Source: an uncultured Lachnospiraceae bacterium (lineage in GTDB: Bacteria; Bacillota; Clostridia; Lachnospirales; Lachnospiraceae). Taken from it: DNA of 64,000 bases. The position numbers and the translations under genes were made by a program. The stretch lies in the NCBI GenBank assembly GCA_902789175.1, contig CADANF010000010.1, forward strand, positions 11,466-75,465. Reading direction: 5' to 3'. Each line of letters opens with the position of its first letter. Within the stretch, counting starts at the first letter, position 1. Of this stretch, positions 10,785-20,599 are shown piece after piece. The notes under the pieces were generated by a model. That model was given only the letters and a program-made list of their open reading frames with translations, made no database searches and had not been told where the DNA came from.

Positions 10785-11486
10785 GTGGATAAGTATTTGG
10801 TTTCCATTTGCGACGATGATAATATAATACATCGGATAGTGAAAAAATATCTGTCTGATAAATACAAAGAGCAGATAATGCTGCGGCATTACTTTGATCC
10901 GATAGATATAATAAATGAAGCGAAAGATCAAAGCATTGTTCTGATGGATATAGATATGCCTAATATGGATGGCATTTTGGCGGCATCTAAACTTAGGAAG
11001 AATAATAAAGAGCTGATTATCATTATGCTTACTAGTAAGAGAGAAAGATTCAAAGATGCATTTAAAGTAGGGGCCAGCAGGTTTGTAACAAAACCTATAG
11101 ATAAAGAAGAACTGTATGAAGCGATAGAAAATGCTTTGAAGGATATAGACAGTGATGAGAAGTTGACAGTTAATCTGTCCGGGGGTGAAAAAGAATTAAA
11201 GCAGGATAAGATATATCTTTTAGAAGTGGTTAGAAATAAAGTTAATATTTATCTTAAGGATAATTGTATTTCTGTAAATGAGCCTTTGAAAAATCTAGAA
11301 GAAAGGCTAAACAGCAAAAAGTTTGTAAAAGTTCATAAGAGTTACATTGTAAATATGAAGTATATCAAAAGCATTTCTGGGAGATTGATAGTTCTGGAAA
11401 ATGGAATAAAAGCCTGTATCTCGGCAAGAAGAGAAAAAGAAGTTTTGGATAAATTATTTGAATATGATTTAAATTACGACAGGTGA
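10785..11486 (+). CDS. LytTR-family response regulator
   Basis: Receiver domain (ICDDD, MDIDMP, FVTKP) and LytTR domain (FVKVHKSYIVN). Confidence 0.93.
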   Translation: MDKYLVSICDDDNIIHRIVKKYLSDKYKEQIMLRHYFDPIDIINEAKDQSIVLMDIDMPNMDGILAASKLRKNNKELIIIMLTSKRERFKDAFKVGASRFVTKPIDKEELYEAIENALKDIDSDEKLTVNLSGGEKELKQDKIYLLEVVRNKVNIYLKDNCISVNEPLKNLEERLNSKKFVKVHKSYIVNMKYIKSISGRLIVLENGIKACISARREKEVLDKLFEYDLNYDR

Positions 11487-11490
11487 TCAT

Positions 11491-12759
11491 ATGAATTGTT
11501 TGGATAGAGGCTTATATTTTTTACTGATTATTTTTGAGTATTATTCATTTTATTATGTGATCCTTGGAGTGAGACGGTTTAGAAAACTTAATAGAAAAAC
11601 TTATCTGGCTTTATCTGGAATTGTGATCACAATGGTGCTTCTTATTAATTTTGCAGGGGCGATCTTTTTATATATGCCGGCGATGATATACTCATATCTG
11701 TTAATCTTATTGATTATGGATATCAAAAAGAAAAGACTGCTGGAAAATATTTTTCTAAGCTTTTCTTTAAATAGTCTGCTTGAGTTGGTACTGCTTCGCA
11801 TTATAAGAATGCTGGGGTTTGAAGATAAAAATATCTCATACTTATTCTGCGGAGTTATCACTGCAGCGATAATCTGGCTCTTTTATTTCCTGAAAGTAAG
11901 AAAGCTGGACAGAGAGATATTTGTAGTCGAAGGGAAGGTAAATATCATGTTTTCACTGATGTTTTTACTGTTTGTGGCGATGTTTTCTCTTCTTTCGGCT
12001 TTTCTCAGTCACATAGGAACAGAAAAAAATGTTTTGACAAGTAATTTGGTTGCGGTACTTGGAGGTTTTCTTCTGATTGTTGCGGATTTTTATCTCTTAT
12101 ACATTTTTAATGAAAGAACCAAGGTGGAATTTGAGAAAAGGCTGGCAGTACAATTTAATAATCAGCAGAAGGAATATTTTGAAAGATTACTGGAAAAAGA
12201 AAATGATACCAGGCAATACAGGCATGATATGATAGCTCAGTTAGTGCAGGTGAAATATTTTATAGATGAGGGGGAATATAAAGAGGCAGATTCATTTCTC
12301 ACTGGAATGCTTAAGTCTATAACGTCCATAAGCGAGTATAATTATGATGTAGGAAATGAGATAGTAAATACAATGCTTAATTATTATCTACCGCCTGTAA
12401 AAAAAGAAGGCTGCGAAATTGAACTTAAGGGTTATCTTCCAGAAGATCTTAAGATGGAATCCAGAGACCTTTGTATTTTGGTTTCCAATGTGCTTAAAAA
12501 TGCCATTGAAGCTGTGATGCAGCTGAAAAAAGAAAAAAGAAAAATTAGGATAACATTGGATTCTGGAAAGATTTTCTGGAAGATAAATGTTGTGAATAGT
12601 ACCAATAATACAGACTATATGGTTACCACTAAAAAGGATAAAGAAAACCATGGTTTTGGTTTGAATAATATTAGAAATGTTGTGGAAAAATACAAAGGGA
12701 AATGTAATGTTGAATTAAATAAAGGAATATTCTCGATAGATATTGCGATGAAATATTAA
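11491..12759 (+). CDS. AgrC/VirS-like membrane histidine kinase
   Basis: Multi-TM N-terminus, H-box RQYRHD, N-box NVLKNAIEA, G-box TTKKDKENHGFGL. Confidence 0.92.
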   Translation: MNCLDRGLYFLLIIFEYYSFYYVILGVRRFRKLNRKTYLALSGIVITMVLLINFAGAIFLYMPAMIYSYLLILLIMDIKKKRLLENIFLSFSLNSLLELVLLRIIRMLGFEDKNISYLFCGVITAAIIWLFYFLKVRKLDREIFVVEGKVNIMFSLMFLLFVAMFSLLSAFLSHIGTEKNVLTSNLVAVLGGFLLIVADFYLLYIFNERTKVEFEKRLAVQFNNQQKEYFERLLEKENDTRQYRHDMIAQLVQVKYFIDEGEYKEADSFLTGMLKSITSISEYNYDVGNEIVNTMLNYYLPPVKKEGCEIELKGYLPEDLKMESRDLCILVSNVLKNAIEAVMQLKKEKRKIRITLDSGKIFWKINVVNSTNNTDYMVTTKKDKENHGFGLNNIRNVVEKYKGKCNVELNKGIFSIDIAMKY

Positions 12760-12764
12760 TGATC

Positions 12765-12796
12765 AAAGCTGCTGGTTTTGGAAACTGGCAGCTTTT
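12765..12796 (+). terminator. Intrinsic terminator after the two-component genes
   Basis: AAAGCTGCTGGTTT/AAACTGGCAGCTTT stem with G-U pairs. Confidence 0.7.
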
Positions 12797-12799
12797 CTA

Positions 12800-12832
12800 C
12801 ACGTTCGTCCTCATACTGCGTACGTTTGTCCT
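12800..12832 (+). promoter_or_regulatory. LytTR-type direct-repeat binding site
   Basis: ACGTTCGTCCT (12801) and ACGTTTGTCCT (12822), 21-bp period. TACGTTTGT fits the LytTR consensus [TA][AC][CA]GTTN[AG][TG]. TATTAT -10 lies downstream with no good -35. Confidence 0.75.
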
Positions 12833-12892
12833 TGGAACTATAGAATTTAATTGTGGAAAGTGTATTATAGCTAACAAGAAAGGAGGGAATGG

Positions 12893-12994
12893 ATGGGAGA
12901 AATAATTATTGACTCGCTATCAAAGAAATTTGGAAAGAAGTTGGCTCTTGATAAAGTGAGTCTGAAATTTGAATGTGGATGTATATATAAATAA
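12893..12994 (+). pseudogene. Truncated ABC transporter ATP-binding gene (33-aa remnant)
   Basis: Strong AGGAGG RBS. MGEIIIDSLSKKFGKKLALDKVSLKFECGCIYK* is a typical ABC ATPase N-terminus that stops just before Walker A. Confidence 0.75.
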
Positions 12995-13027
12995 AAAGGT
13001 AGCTTATTTTAACGAGCGAGTTGAGTT

Positions 13028-14710
13028 ATGAATGGTATTAGGATAGTAAAAAATCTCATAAATATAAAAACTAGAAATTATTTTAATGGCATATCAAAAA
13101 TATTTAAAATATATCTGAATAACAAGATTTATACAGCATATAAATTGATAAAGCTGATGATCGTATATATTTCGTTAACTTATATATTCAAAATGTTCTA
13201 TAAGGACGAATATGCTAATTATGTGATGTGGCTGTTTGGATTCATTTTATTTTTAGCAAATATGGATTTATCGGGGCGTATGGTAAATAACATATTTAAG
13301 CCGAGAAATGTTATCTTATTTCAAAATTCAAAAATGGATGAAAAAAGCATAAGTCATTTGTTTTTTTGGAGCGAAATAATCTGGAAGAAGGTAAAAGAGA
13401 TAGATTTAGTGATTCCGATCATTATAATGGCGGTTAAGGTCAGAGGGGTAAGGGCATTAGCCTTAATTATATTGATAGAACTGACCTGTTTGATAATGGT
13501 TCTTATAAAGGTGGAATTAGTCAGACATAAGAGCAAAAAGAAAAAGGGGGAGAATGTAAATGTACTTTCTTTTTTTATTACTGCATCGATCATATCGTTT
13601 ATTACTGCATGGATCAGTAAAGGTATTATTAAGTTAAGCTTTGTTTTTAGACAATACATATATTCAATAGAATCATTCAAAAAAAATGAGAAGCAGATTG
13701 AAACTATTTTGAAAGATAAATTCGGAGCTTTTTTTACAGAACTGAAAGAAAAGTTAAATATAGATTTAATTAACATGCTTGATGATAAGCTGTTGATACT
13801 TCTGATCCTAATAATACTTACAATAACGGTTATCTTTTTGAGAAAGTTTAGGATTGATTATTCAGAACATGAAGTAACTCTTATAAAAAATAAAGCAGGA
13901 TTAAAGATAGGATATTTAGCACTCCTGAAGCAAGTGGTTTCAGAAGATCCAGAGAGTTTCTTAATTAATAAGGATATTTTAATTATAGAAAATGATAAAA
14001 AACTATTAGGAAAAAATATGATTCAGACTGTAATGATATCTTATGATTTTTTTATTATCATTCCGGCCTTATTTATGTTGAGAAAATATAGTCATAATAC
14101 GGATCTTACGGTAATATGCATCATTTTTGGAATGGTGTCACTTATTTTTAATCAGATAAATACAATAACTAGTAATCTGGAAGACATATTTAGCTTTAAA
14201 AAAGATATAAAAAATATTGAACTTTATAAAATGTCATTATTTAAAGTTGATGACGTAGTAAAAGCAAAAATTAAATTGGCGAGATATTTATCGGGATTAC
14301 CGTTCTTATTCATTGTGATTATTTCTGTAATATTAATTACGGGATCAGCTGAAAATATGCTCCAGACTATTATGCAATGTTTCTGTTTGTTAGTTGTGGA
14401 GGGGGCAGCTTTTTATCTGGCTCCGAGAATAAAATTATATATTTATAGTATGCTTATGAATAAAAATAAATATGTAAAGAACTTGGAATCAGATGAAAAA
14501 CTTGATGAAACCTTGCATAAGTTTTGTGACATACCTAAGAATATGTTGATTTTACCAATGCTTTATGTGCTCATCGTTAATGTGATATGTAGGGCAATTT
14601 CAGGTTTTGCATGGAGAAAAATACTTTTAATATACCTGATATGGATGATGGCGATTTTTGTGATTGATAATTTAATGATAGTAAATATCAGAAAAAAAGC
14701 AGAAACATAA
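13028..14710 (+). CDS. Polytopic membrane protein, probable ABC-2-type exporter permease
   Basis: 560 aa with about 12 hydrophobic segments, very AT-rich, adjacent to an ABC ATPase. Confidence 0.6.
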   Translation: MNGIRIVKNLINIKTRNYFNGISKIFKIYLNNKIYTAYKLIKLMIVYISLTYIFKMFYKDEYANYVMWLFGFILFLANMDLSGRMVNNIFKPRNVILFQNSKMDEKSISHLFFWSEIIWKKVKEIDLVIPIIIMAVKVRGVRALALIILIELTCLIMVLIKVELVRHKSKKKKGENVNVLSFFITASIISFITAWISKGIIKLSFVFRQYIYSIESFKKNEKQIETILKDKFGAFFTELKEKLNIDLINMLDDKLLILLILIILTITVIFLRKFRIDYSEHEVTLIKNKAGLKIGYLALLKQVVSEDPESFLINKDILIIENDKKLLGKNMIQTVMISYDFFIIIPALFMLRKYSHNTDLTVICIIFGMVSLIFNQINTITSNLEDIFSFKKDIKNIELYKMSLFKVDDVVKAKIKLARYLSGLPFLFIVIISVILITGSAENMLQTIMQCFCLLVVEGAAFYLAPRIKLYIYSMLMNKNKYVKNLESDEKLDETLHKFCDIPKNMLILPMLYVLIVNVICRAISGFAWRKILLIYLIWMMAIFVIDNLMIVNIRKKAET

Positions 14711-14756
14711 GAAGTTGTAAGAAAGAAGGGGAAAATGAAAGGACGGTGTCAAGGGT

Positions 14757-15404
14757 ATGATAGATACATTAAAAGTTTCAAATGTTACCTTTTCATATGA
14801 TAAAGAAAATGTTATTGAAGACTTGGGTTTTGGTTTAAAAGGTGGAGATGTTCTTTGCATAAAAGGAAAAAATGGCAGTGGAAAGACTACTCTTTTTAAA
14901 TTGCTGGCGGGAATATTAAAAGCCGGACAGATGGATGTTACATATAACGGGAAGAATATATCCAATGGTGAGTTGAAAAAAAGAGTTTTTTTTATTCCGA
15001 GTGCGCCATATTTGTATGATGAGCTCAGCGGGAATGAAAATCTGGAACTGCTGAGAAATTTATGGAGAAAAGATAAGAAGGAATATTATGAGAAAGTTGG
15101 GAATTATTTAAATAGGTATGAGATGACGGATTATAGCAATAGTTTTGTTGCCAATTATTCTTTGGGGATGAAATACAAGCTTTATTTTTCGGCGGCCCTG
15201 GCTATTGAACCAGATATAATAATGATGGATGAACCATTAAATGCAATGGACCTTGAAAGTCAGGCTAAAGCAATACAGGATGTTATGGATTATGTAAAGG
15301 GAAATGAAAAGGCTGTGATGTTTTCAAGTCATATAAGCCAACTTATTAATAATCTGTCTAATAGAATTTTGTTGTTAAAAGATGGCAGACTGATAGGTGA
15401 ATAA
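14757..15404 (+). CDS. ABC transporter ATP-binding protein
   Basis: Walker A GKNGSGKTT, signature YSLGM, Walker B MMDEP, H-loop FSSH. Confidence 0.93.
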   Translation: MIDTLKVSNVTFSYDKENVIEDLGFGLKGGDVLCIKGKNGSGKTTLFKLLAGILKAGQMDVTYNGKNISNGELKKRVFFIPSAPYLYDELSGNENLELLRNLWRKDKKEYYEKVGNYLNRYEMTDYSNSFVANYSLGMKYKLYFSAALAIEPDIIMMDEPLNAMDLESQAKAIQDVMDYVKGNEKAVMFSSHISQLINNLSNRILLLKDGRLIGE

Positions 15405-15440
15405 AATGCGCGAAAAAGACAATCTATACGATTAAATAGA

Positions 15441-15470
15441 TTGACAATAGATAGGGCGATATGGTAACAT
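15441..15470 (+). promoter_or_regulatory. Sigma-A promoter (upstream of pyrB, distal)
   Basis: TTGACA at 15441 and extended -10 TG-G-TAACAT at 15462-15470. Confidence 0.6.
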
Positions 15471-15543
15471 ACTGATTAGTGTTAGTTAGATAAAATCAAT
15501 TCGTTCACCTTATACATGGGTGAGATTGGAAGTATAGTAGGGG

Positions 15544-15576
15544 AAGGCACAATCGTGTGGTTGCGATTGTGCTTTT
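15544..15576 (+). terminator. Terminator-like hairpin in the pyrB upstream region
   Basis: AAGGCACAATCG/CGATTGTGCTTT stem plus TTTT. Confidence 0.7.
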
Positions 15577-15597
15577 AAAATGCAAATTAGTGCTGTG

Positions 15598-15626
15598 TTG
15601 ACGAAAACCCGGTAACACTTTATAAT
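15598..15626 (+). promoter_or_regulatory. Sigma-A promoter of pyrBI (proximal)
   Basis: TTGACG-17 bp-TATAAT. Confidence 0.8.
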
Positions 15627-15697
15627 AAGTAAGGTGTCACGCGGGTTCTTTTTTTGGCCAGACACCAAAACTATCGCAGTGTGTTTTTGGAGGTATT

Positions 15698-16642
15698 ATG
15701 GAAGAATTAGAGAGAGGATCAGTAAGACATCTTATTGACCCAATGGATCTTTCAGTTGAAGAAGTTGAAGAACTTCTTAATGTGGCACAGGATATAATTA
15801 ATAATAAGGATAAATACCGTGAGGCATGTAAGTATAAAAAACTTGCAACTCTTTTCTATGAACCAAGTACTAGAACGAGACTCAGCTTTGAATCTGCTAT
15901 GATGGAGCTGGGAGGTAATGTGCTTGGTTTTTCTTCTGCTCAGTCATCATCTGTTTCAAAGGGAGAATCTGTTGAAGACACAGTAAGAGTAGTTGGTCAG
16001 TTTGCAGATATAATAGCAATGCGGCATCCCAATGAAGGTGCACCAAAGCTTGCTTCAATGTACTCGCCGGTTCCTATTATCAATGCCGGAGACGGTGGGC
16101 ATAACCACCCAACGCAGACACTTACAGATCTTCTTACAATATTTTCAGAGAAGAAAAAACTTGATAATTTTACAATAGGTCTTTGTGGAGACTTAAAGTT
16201 CGGACGTACAGTCCATTCATTGATAAAGGCTCTTTCAAGATATGAGGGAGTTAAATTTGTTCTTATCTCACCTAAGGAATTAAAGGTTCCAGGATACATT
16301 ATTACAGAAGTGCTTGAGCCATCGGGCCTTTCATATAAAGAAGTAACATCTCTTGAAGAAGCACTTCCGGAACTGGACGTACTTTATATGACAAGAGTAC
16401 AGAAGGAAAGATTCTTCAATGAGGCTGATTATATCAGACTTAAAGATACATATATTCTTGATAAGAAAAAATTAGATAATGCAAAAGAAGATATGATAAT
16501 CCTTCATCCTCTTCCAAGAGTAAATGAAATTGCAGCGGATGTAGATAGTGATCCTCGTGCATGTTACTTTAAACAGGTACTTTACGGAAAATACATCCGT
16601 ATGGCACTTATCTTAAAATTATTGGGGGTAGATGTGAAATGA
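15698..16642 (+). CDS. pyrB: Aspartate carbamoyltransferase catalytic subunit
   Basis: [16 protein letters not shown] and HPLPRVNEI motifs. Confidence 0.98.
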   Translation: MEELERGSVRHLIDPMDLSVEEVEELLNVAQDIINNKDKYREACKYKKLATLFYEPSTRTRLSFESAMMELGGNVLGFSSAQSSSVSKGESVEDTVRVVGQFADIIAMRHPNEGAPKLASMYSPVPIINAGDGGHNHPTQTLTDLLTIFSEKKKLDNFTIGLCGDLKFGRTVHSLIKALSRYEGVKFVLISPKELKVPGYIITEVLEPSGLSYKEVTSLEEALPELDVLYMTRVQKERFFNEADYIRLKDTYILDKKKLDNAKEDMIILHPLPRVNEIAADVDSDPRACYFKQVLYGKYIRMALILKLLGVDVK

Positions 16643-17049
16643 AGATAGATTCAATCCAGAATGGTATCGTACTTGACCATATTACAGCAGGTAAAGCAAT
16701 GCAGATATATTATGACCTTGGTCTTGATAAACTCGATTGCAGCATTGCTATAATGCAGAATGTTAAGAGTGATAAGATGGGAAAGAAAGATATAATCAAG
16801 ATAGATAAGAATATGGATGTAAATCTTGATGTTATCGGATATATCGACCCTTCAGTTACAGTCAGCATCATTAAAGATGGCGTTACAACTGAAAAAAAGA
16901 AGGTAGCACTCCCTAAGAAGCTGATAAATATAAAGAAATGTAAGAATCCAAGATGTATCACAGCTATTGAGCCGGATATCCCTCAGATCTTTAAGCTTAC
17001 TGATGAGAGTAGAAGGGTATATAGATGCATTTATTGTGATGCAGATTAA
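16639..17049 (+). CDS. pyrI: Aspartate carbamoyltransferase regulatory subunit
   Basis: GIVLDHI and Zn ligands CKNPRC...CIYC. Overlaps the pyrB stop. Confidence 0.95.
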   Translation: MKIDSIQNGIVLDHITAGKAMQIYYDLGLDKLDCSIAIMQNVKSDKMGKKDIIKIDKNMDVNLDVIGYIDPSVTVSIIKDGVTTEKKKVALPKKLINIKKCKNPRCITAIEPDIPQIFKLTDESRRVYRCIYCDAD

Positions 17050-17076
17050 ATACTGAATAATATTTGTATGGATAGG

Positions 17077-17114
17077 AAAGGAGAGACTTATGACACGTCT
17101 CTCCTTTTATTTTT
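17077..17114 (+). terminator. Intrinsic terminator of pyrBI
   Basis: AAAGGAGAGAC/GTCTCTCCTTT stem plus T tract. Confidence 0.8.
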
Positions 17115-17244
17115 ACTGAATAAAAAAGGGAAAGAAACCTGATAATTTGACCAGGGTTTACAAAAAATTCTAGTGTGTTATAATAATACAGATTATGCAT
17201 ACCTATAAATGGGTGTGTAAAACAGATGGGAGTCTGCATTAATT

Positions 17245-18519
17245 ATGAAACATTATGCAATAACAGGCGGTAATGCGCTTGAAGGAGAGGTAGTTATTGC
17301 CGGGGCAAAGAATGCTGCACTGGGTATTCTTGCGGCTGCAATAATGACTGACGAAAAGTGTGTTATTGAAAATGTTCCTTTTGTCAGCGATACCAGGACA
17401 CTTCTTAAAGCTATAGAGAATATAGGCGCAGAAGTAAGATACCTTGACAGACATACAGTTCAAATCTGCGGCAAAGGAATAGTGGGGGACGAGAGTCTTT
17501 CAGTTGATGATGAATATATAAGAAAAATCAGGGCTTCGTATTATCTTATTGGAGCTCTTCTTGGAAAATATAAATATGCTAACGTAGCTCTTCCTGGTGG
17601 ATGTGATATAGGATCAAGACCAATAGATCTCCATATCAAAGGCTTTGAAACTTTGGGAGCTGAGGTTGAAATCAGTAATGGTGGTAAGATTGTAGCGAAG
17701 GCAGATAAGCTTAAAGGTGAACATATCTACCTTGATACAGTTTCAGTCGGAGCGACTATCAATATCATGATGGCTGCAGCTCTTGCTGAAGGAAAAACTA
17801 CTATTGAGAATGCTGCAAAGGAACCACATATTGTTGATGTGGCTAACTTCCTTAACTCAATGGGAGCTAACATTAAGGGTGCTGGTACGGATGTTATCAG
17901 AGTACGTGGAGTTGAGAAGCTTCATGGTGCTGAATATACCATGATTCCTGACCAGATTGAAGCTGGAACATTTATGGCAATGGCAGTTGCAACCCGTGGC
18001 AATATCCTTATTAAGAATGTTATCCCAAAACACTTGGAATCTATATCTTCAAAGCTTACAGATATGGGTGCGAAGGTAATAGAATATGATGATTCAGTCA
18101 GAGTAATGGCAGATGGAAAACTTAAAGCAACTCAGATAAAGACACTCCCATATCCAGGTTTTCCAACAGATATGCAGGCTCAGATTGCCGCAGCATTAGT
18201 TCTTTCAGAAGGAACAAGTATTGTAATTGAAAGCATTTTTGAAAATAGATTTCAATATGTACCTGAGCTTATTAAAATGGGCGCTAAAATCAGGGTTGAA
18301 GGAAACACGGCGATAATCACCGGTGTGTCTGGACTTCATGGAGCTAAGGTTGAAGCGTCGGATCTTCGCGCAGGAGCTGCCCTTGTAATAGCAGCTTTAG
18401 CGGCCGAAGGGGATAGTGAGATATATGATATTGACTTTATCCTTAGAGGGTATGAAGATTTCGATGACAAGATAAGAAGTCTTGGTGGTATTATGGAAGT
18501 TATTAAAACAGACGACTAA
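17245..18519 (+). CDS. murA: UDP-N-acetylglucosamine 1-carboxyvinyltransferase
   Basis: GAKNAAL, PGGCDIGSRP (catalytic Cys) and YPGFPTDMQ motifs. Confidence 0.97.
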   Translation: MKHYAITGGNALEGEVVIAGAKNAALGILAAAIMTDEKCVIENVPFVSDTRTLLKAIENIGAEVRYLDRHTVQICGKGIVGDESLSVDDEYIRKIRASYYLIGALLGKYKYANVALPGGCDIGSRPIDLHIKGFETLGAEVEISNGGKIVAKADKLKGEHIYLDTVSVGATINIMMAAALAEGKTTIENAAKEPHIVDVANFLNSMGANIKGAGTDVIRVRGVEKLHGAEYTMIPDQIEAGTFMAMAVATRGNILIKNVIPKHLESISSKLTDMGAKVIEYDDSVRVMADGKLKATQIKTLPYPGFPTDMQAQIAAALVLSEGTSIVIESIFENRFQYVPELIKMGAKIRVEGNTAIITGVSGLHGAKVEASDLRAGAALVIAALAAEGDSEIYDIDFILRGYEDFDDKIRSLGGIMEVIKTDD

Positions 18520-18563
18520 TTAAAAGATATTATTATGACATAAAAGGAAGGGGCATAAGAGTT

Positions 18564-20546
18564 ATGGCAAAGAAACCTTATTATATTACAACAGCTATAG
18601 CATATGCATCTGGCAAACCTCATATTGGAAATACTTATGAAATCGTACTTGCTGACAGTATAGCAAGATATAAGAGATTTACAGGTTATGATGTATATTT
18701 CCAGACAGGAACAGATGAACATGGTCAGAAGATTGAGACAAAGGCTTTCGAAAGCCTTTCTACTCCAAAAGAATATGTTGATCAGAAAGCTGGAGATATT
18801 AAGCGTATCTGGGATCTGATGAACACATCTTATGACAGATTTATCCGTACAACTGATGAGGATCATGAAGCGCAGGTTAAGAAAATATTTAAAAAACTTT
18901 ATGATCAGGGAGACATTTACAAGGGTGAATATGAAGGAATGTATTGTACACCTTGTGAGTCTTTCTGGACCAGCAGCCAGTTAGTTGATGGAAAGTGCCC
19001 TGATTGTGGACGTGAAGTAAAGCCAGCTAAGGAAGAAGCATATTTCTTTAAAATGAGTAAATATGCTCCTAAGCTTATTGAATATATTGAAAAGCATCCT
19101 GAGTTTATTCAGCCGGAAGCAAGAAAGAATGAAATGGTTAATACTTTCTTAAAACCTGGACTTCAGGACCTTTGTGTAACCAGAACATCATTTAAATGGG
19201 GAATCCCGGTAGATTTTGATCCTAAACATGTTATTTATGTATGGATAGATGCGTTATCAAACTATATTACCGGTTTAGGTTATGATGTAGATGGCGCTTC
19301 AGGAGAACTTTATAAGAAGTACTGGCCTGCAGACCTTCACCTTATTGGTAAAGATATTCTTAGATTCCATACAATTTACTGGCCAATTATGTTAATGGCT
19401 CTTGATGTTCCACTTCCAAAGCAGGTTTTTGGTCATCCTTGGCTTCTTCAGAATGATGGCAAGATGAGTAAATCAAAGGGAAATGTTCTCTATGCTGATG
19501 ATATGGTGGACTTCTTCGGAGTGGATGCTGTAAGGTATTTCCTTCTTCATGAGATGCCATTTGATAATGATGGTGTGGTATCATGGGAGCTTCTTATTGA
19601 AAGAGTTAATTCAGATCTTGCTAATACACTTGGCAATCTTGTTAACCGTACTATCTCAATGATCAATAAGTATCATGGTGGTGTTGTTAATAATGCAGAT
19701 ATCAAATTACCTGTTGATGATGACTTAAGGCAGGTAGTCCTTGATACACCTAAGAAAGTTAATGAAAAGATGGATCAGCTTAGAGTAGCTGATGCTATTA
19801 CAGAAATCTTCAATCTCTTTAAGAGATGTAACAAATATATCGATGAGACTATGCCTTGGGCACTTGCTAAAGAAGGGGATATGGATGACAGACTCTGCAC
19901 TGTTCTCTATAATCTTGTTGAGAGTATTACAATCGGTGCAACTCTTCTTCAGCCATTTATGCCTGAAACAGCAGAAAAGATAGTTTCACAGCTTTCTACA
20001 AGCCTTAGAAGCGTTACAGAACTTGGTACATTTGGACTTTATCCATCAGGAAATAAAGTTACAGAGAAGCCAGAGATCCTTTTTGCAAGAATTGATACTG
20101 CAAAGATGTTAGAAGAGATAGCTGTCCGTTTCCCTGCAAAGGTTGAAGAAAAGGTTGAGGAAAAGAAGAAAAAGACTGAAGAGGTTTCAAAGCCGGCAGA
20201 AGTTCTTGCTGTAGAGAAAGATGAGATCGGAATTGAAGATTTTGATAAGCTTCAGCTTCAGATAGGAGAGATCATCGCCTGTGAGGCAGTTCCTAAGTCA
20301 AAGAAGCTTCTTTGTTCAAAAGTAAAAGTTGGAGATAAAGTCCTTCAGATCGTATCTGGTATCAAGAACTTCTATAGTGCAGAAGAAATGCCGGGCAAGA
20401 AGGTAGTTGTTATCACCAATTTAAAGCCTGCTAAGCTTGCAGGAATTGAATCACAGGGAATGCTCCTTTGCGCAGAAGGACCGGATGGTGCTCTTGCACT
20501 TCTTACAGCAGAGAAAGATCTTCCAAGTGGTTCAATGATCAGTTAA
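18564..20546 (+). CDS. metG: Methionyl-tRNA synthetase
   Basis: HIGN and KMSKS motifs, Zn knuckle, C-terminal tRNA-binding domain. Confidence 0.98.
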   Translation: MAKKPYYITTAIAYASGKPHIGNTYEIVLADSIARYKRFTGYDVYFQTGTDEHGQKIETKAFESLSTPKEYVDQKAGDIKRIWDLMNTSYDRFIRTTDEDHEAQVKKIFKKLYDQGDIYKGEYEGMYCTPCESFWTSSQLVDGKCPDCGREVKPAKEEAYFFKMSKYAPKLIEYIEKHPEFIQPEARKNEMVNTFLKPGLQDLCVTRTSFKWGIPVDFDPKHVIYVWIDALSNYITGLGYDVDGASGELYKKYWPADLHLIGKDILRFHTIYWPIMLMALDVPLPKQVFGHPWLLQNDGKMSKSKGNVLYADDMVDFFGVDAVRYFLLHEMPFDNDGVVSWELLIERVNSDLANTLGNLVNRTISMINKYHGGVVNNADIKLPVDDDLRQVVLDTPKKVNEKMDQLRVADAITEIFNLFKRCNKYIDETMPWALAKEGDMDDRLCTVLYNLVESITIGATLLQPFMPETAEKIVSQLSTSLRSVTELGTFGLYPSGNKVTEKPEILFARIDTAKMLEEIAVRFPAKVEEKVEEKKKKTEEVSKPAEVLAVEKDEIGIEDFDKLQLQIGEIIACEAVPKSKKLLCSKVKVGDKVLQIVSGIKNFYSAEEMPGKKVVVITNLKPAKLAGIESQGMLLCAEGPDGALALLTAEKDLPSGSMIS

Positions 20547-20599
20547 TTGAGACGGTAAATTATAAAATATATTGGAGTTTACGTTAAGAAAGAACATTT

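Noticed and set aside
10560-15420. Complete agr quorum-sensing or bacteriocin locus
   Set aside because: No agrB, no AIP-like or double-glycine precursor ORF found in the intergenic regions.
15470-15697. PyrR attenuator
   Set aside because: The PyrR-binding consensus loop is not present.
18520-18563. T-box upstream of metG
   Set aside because: The intergenic gap is only 44 bp and has no T-box motif.
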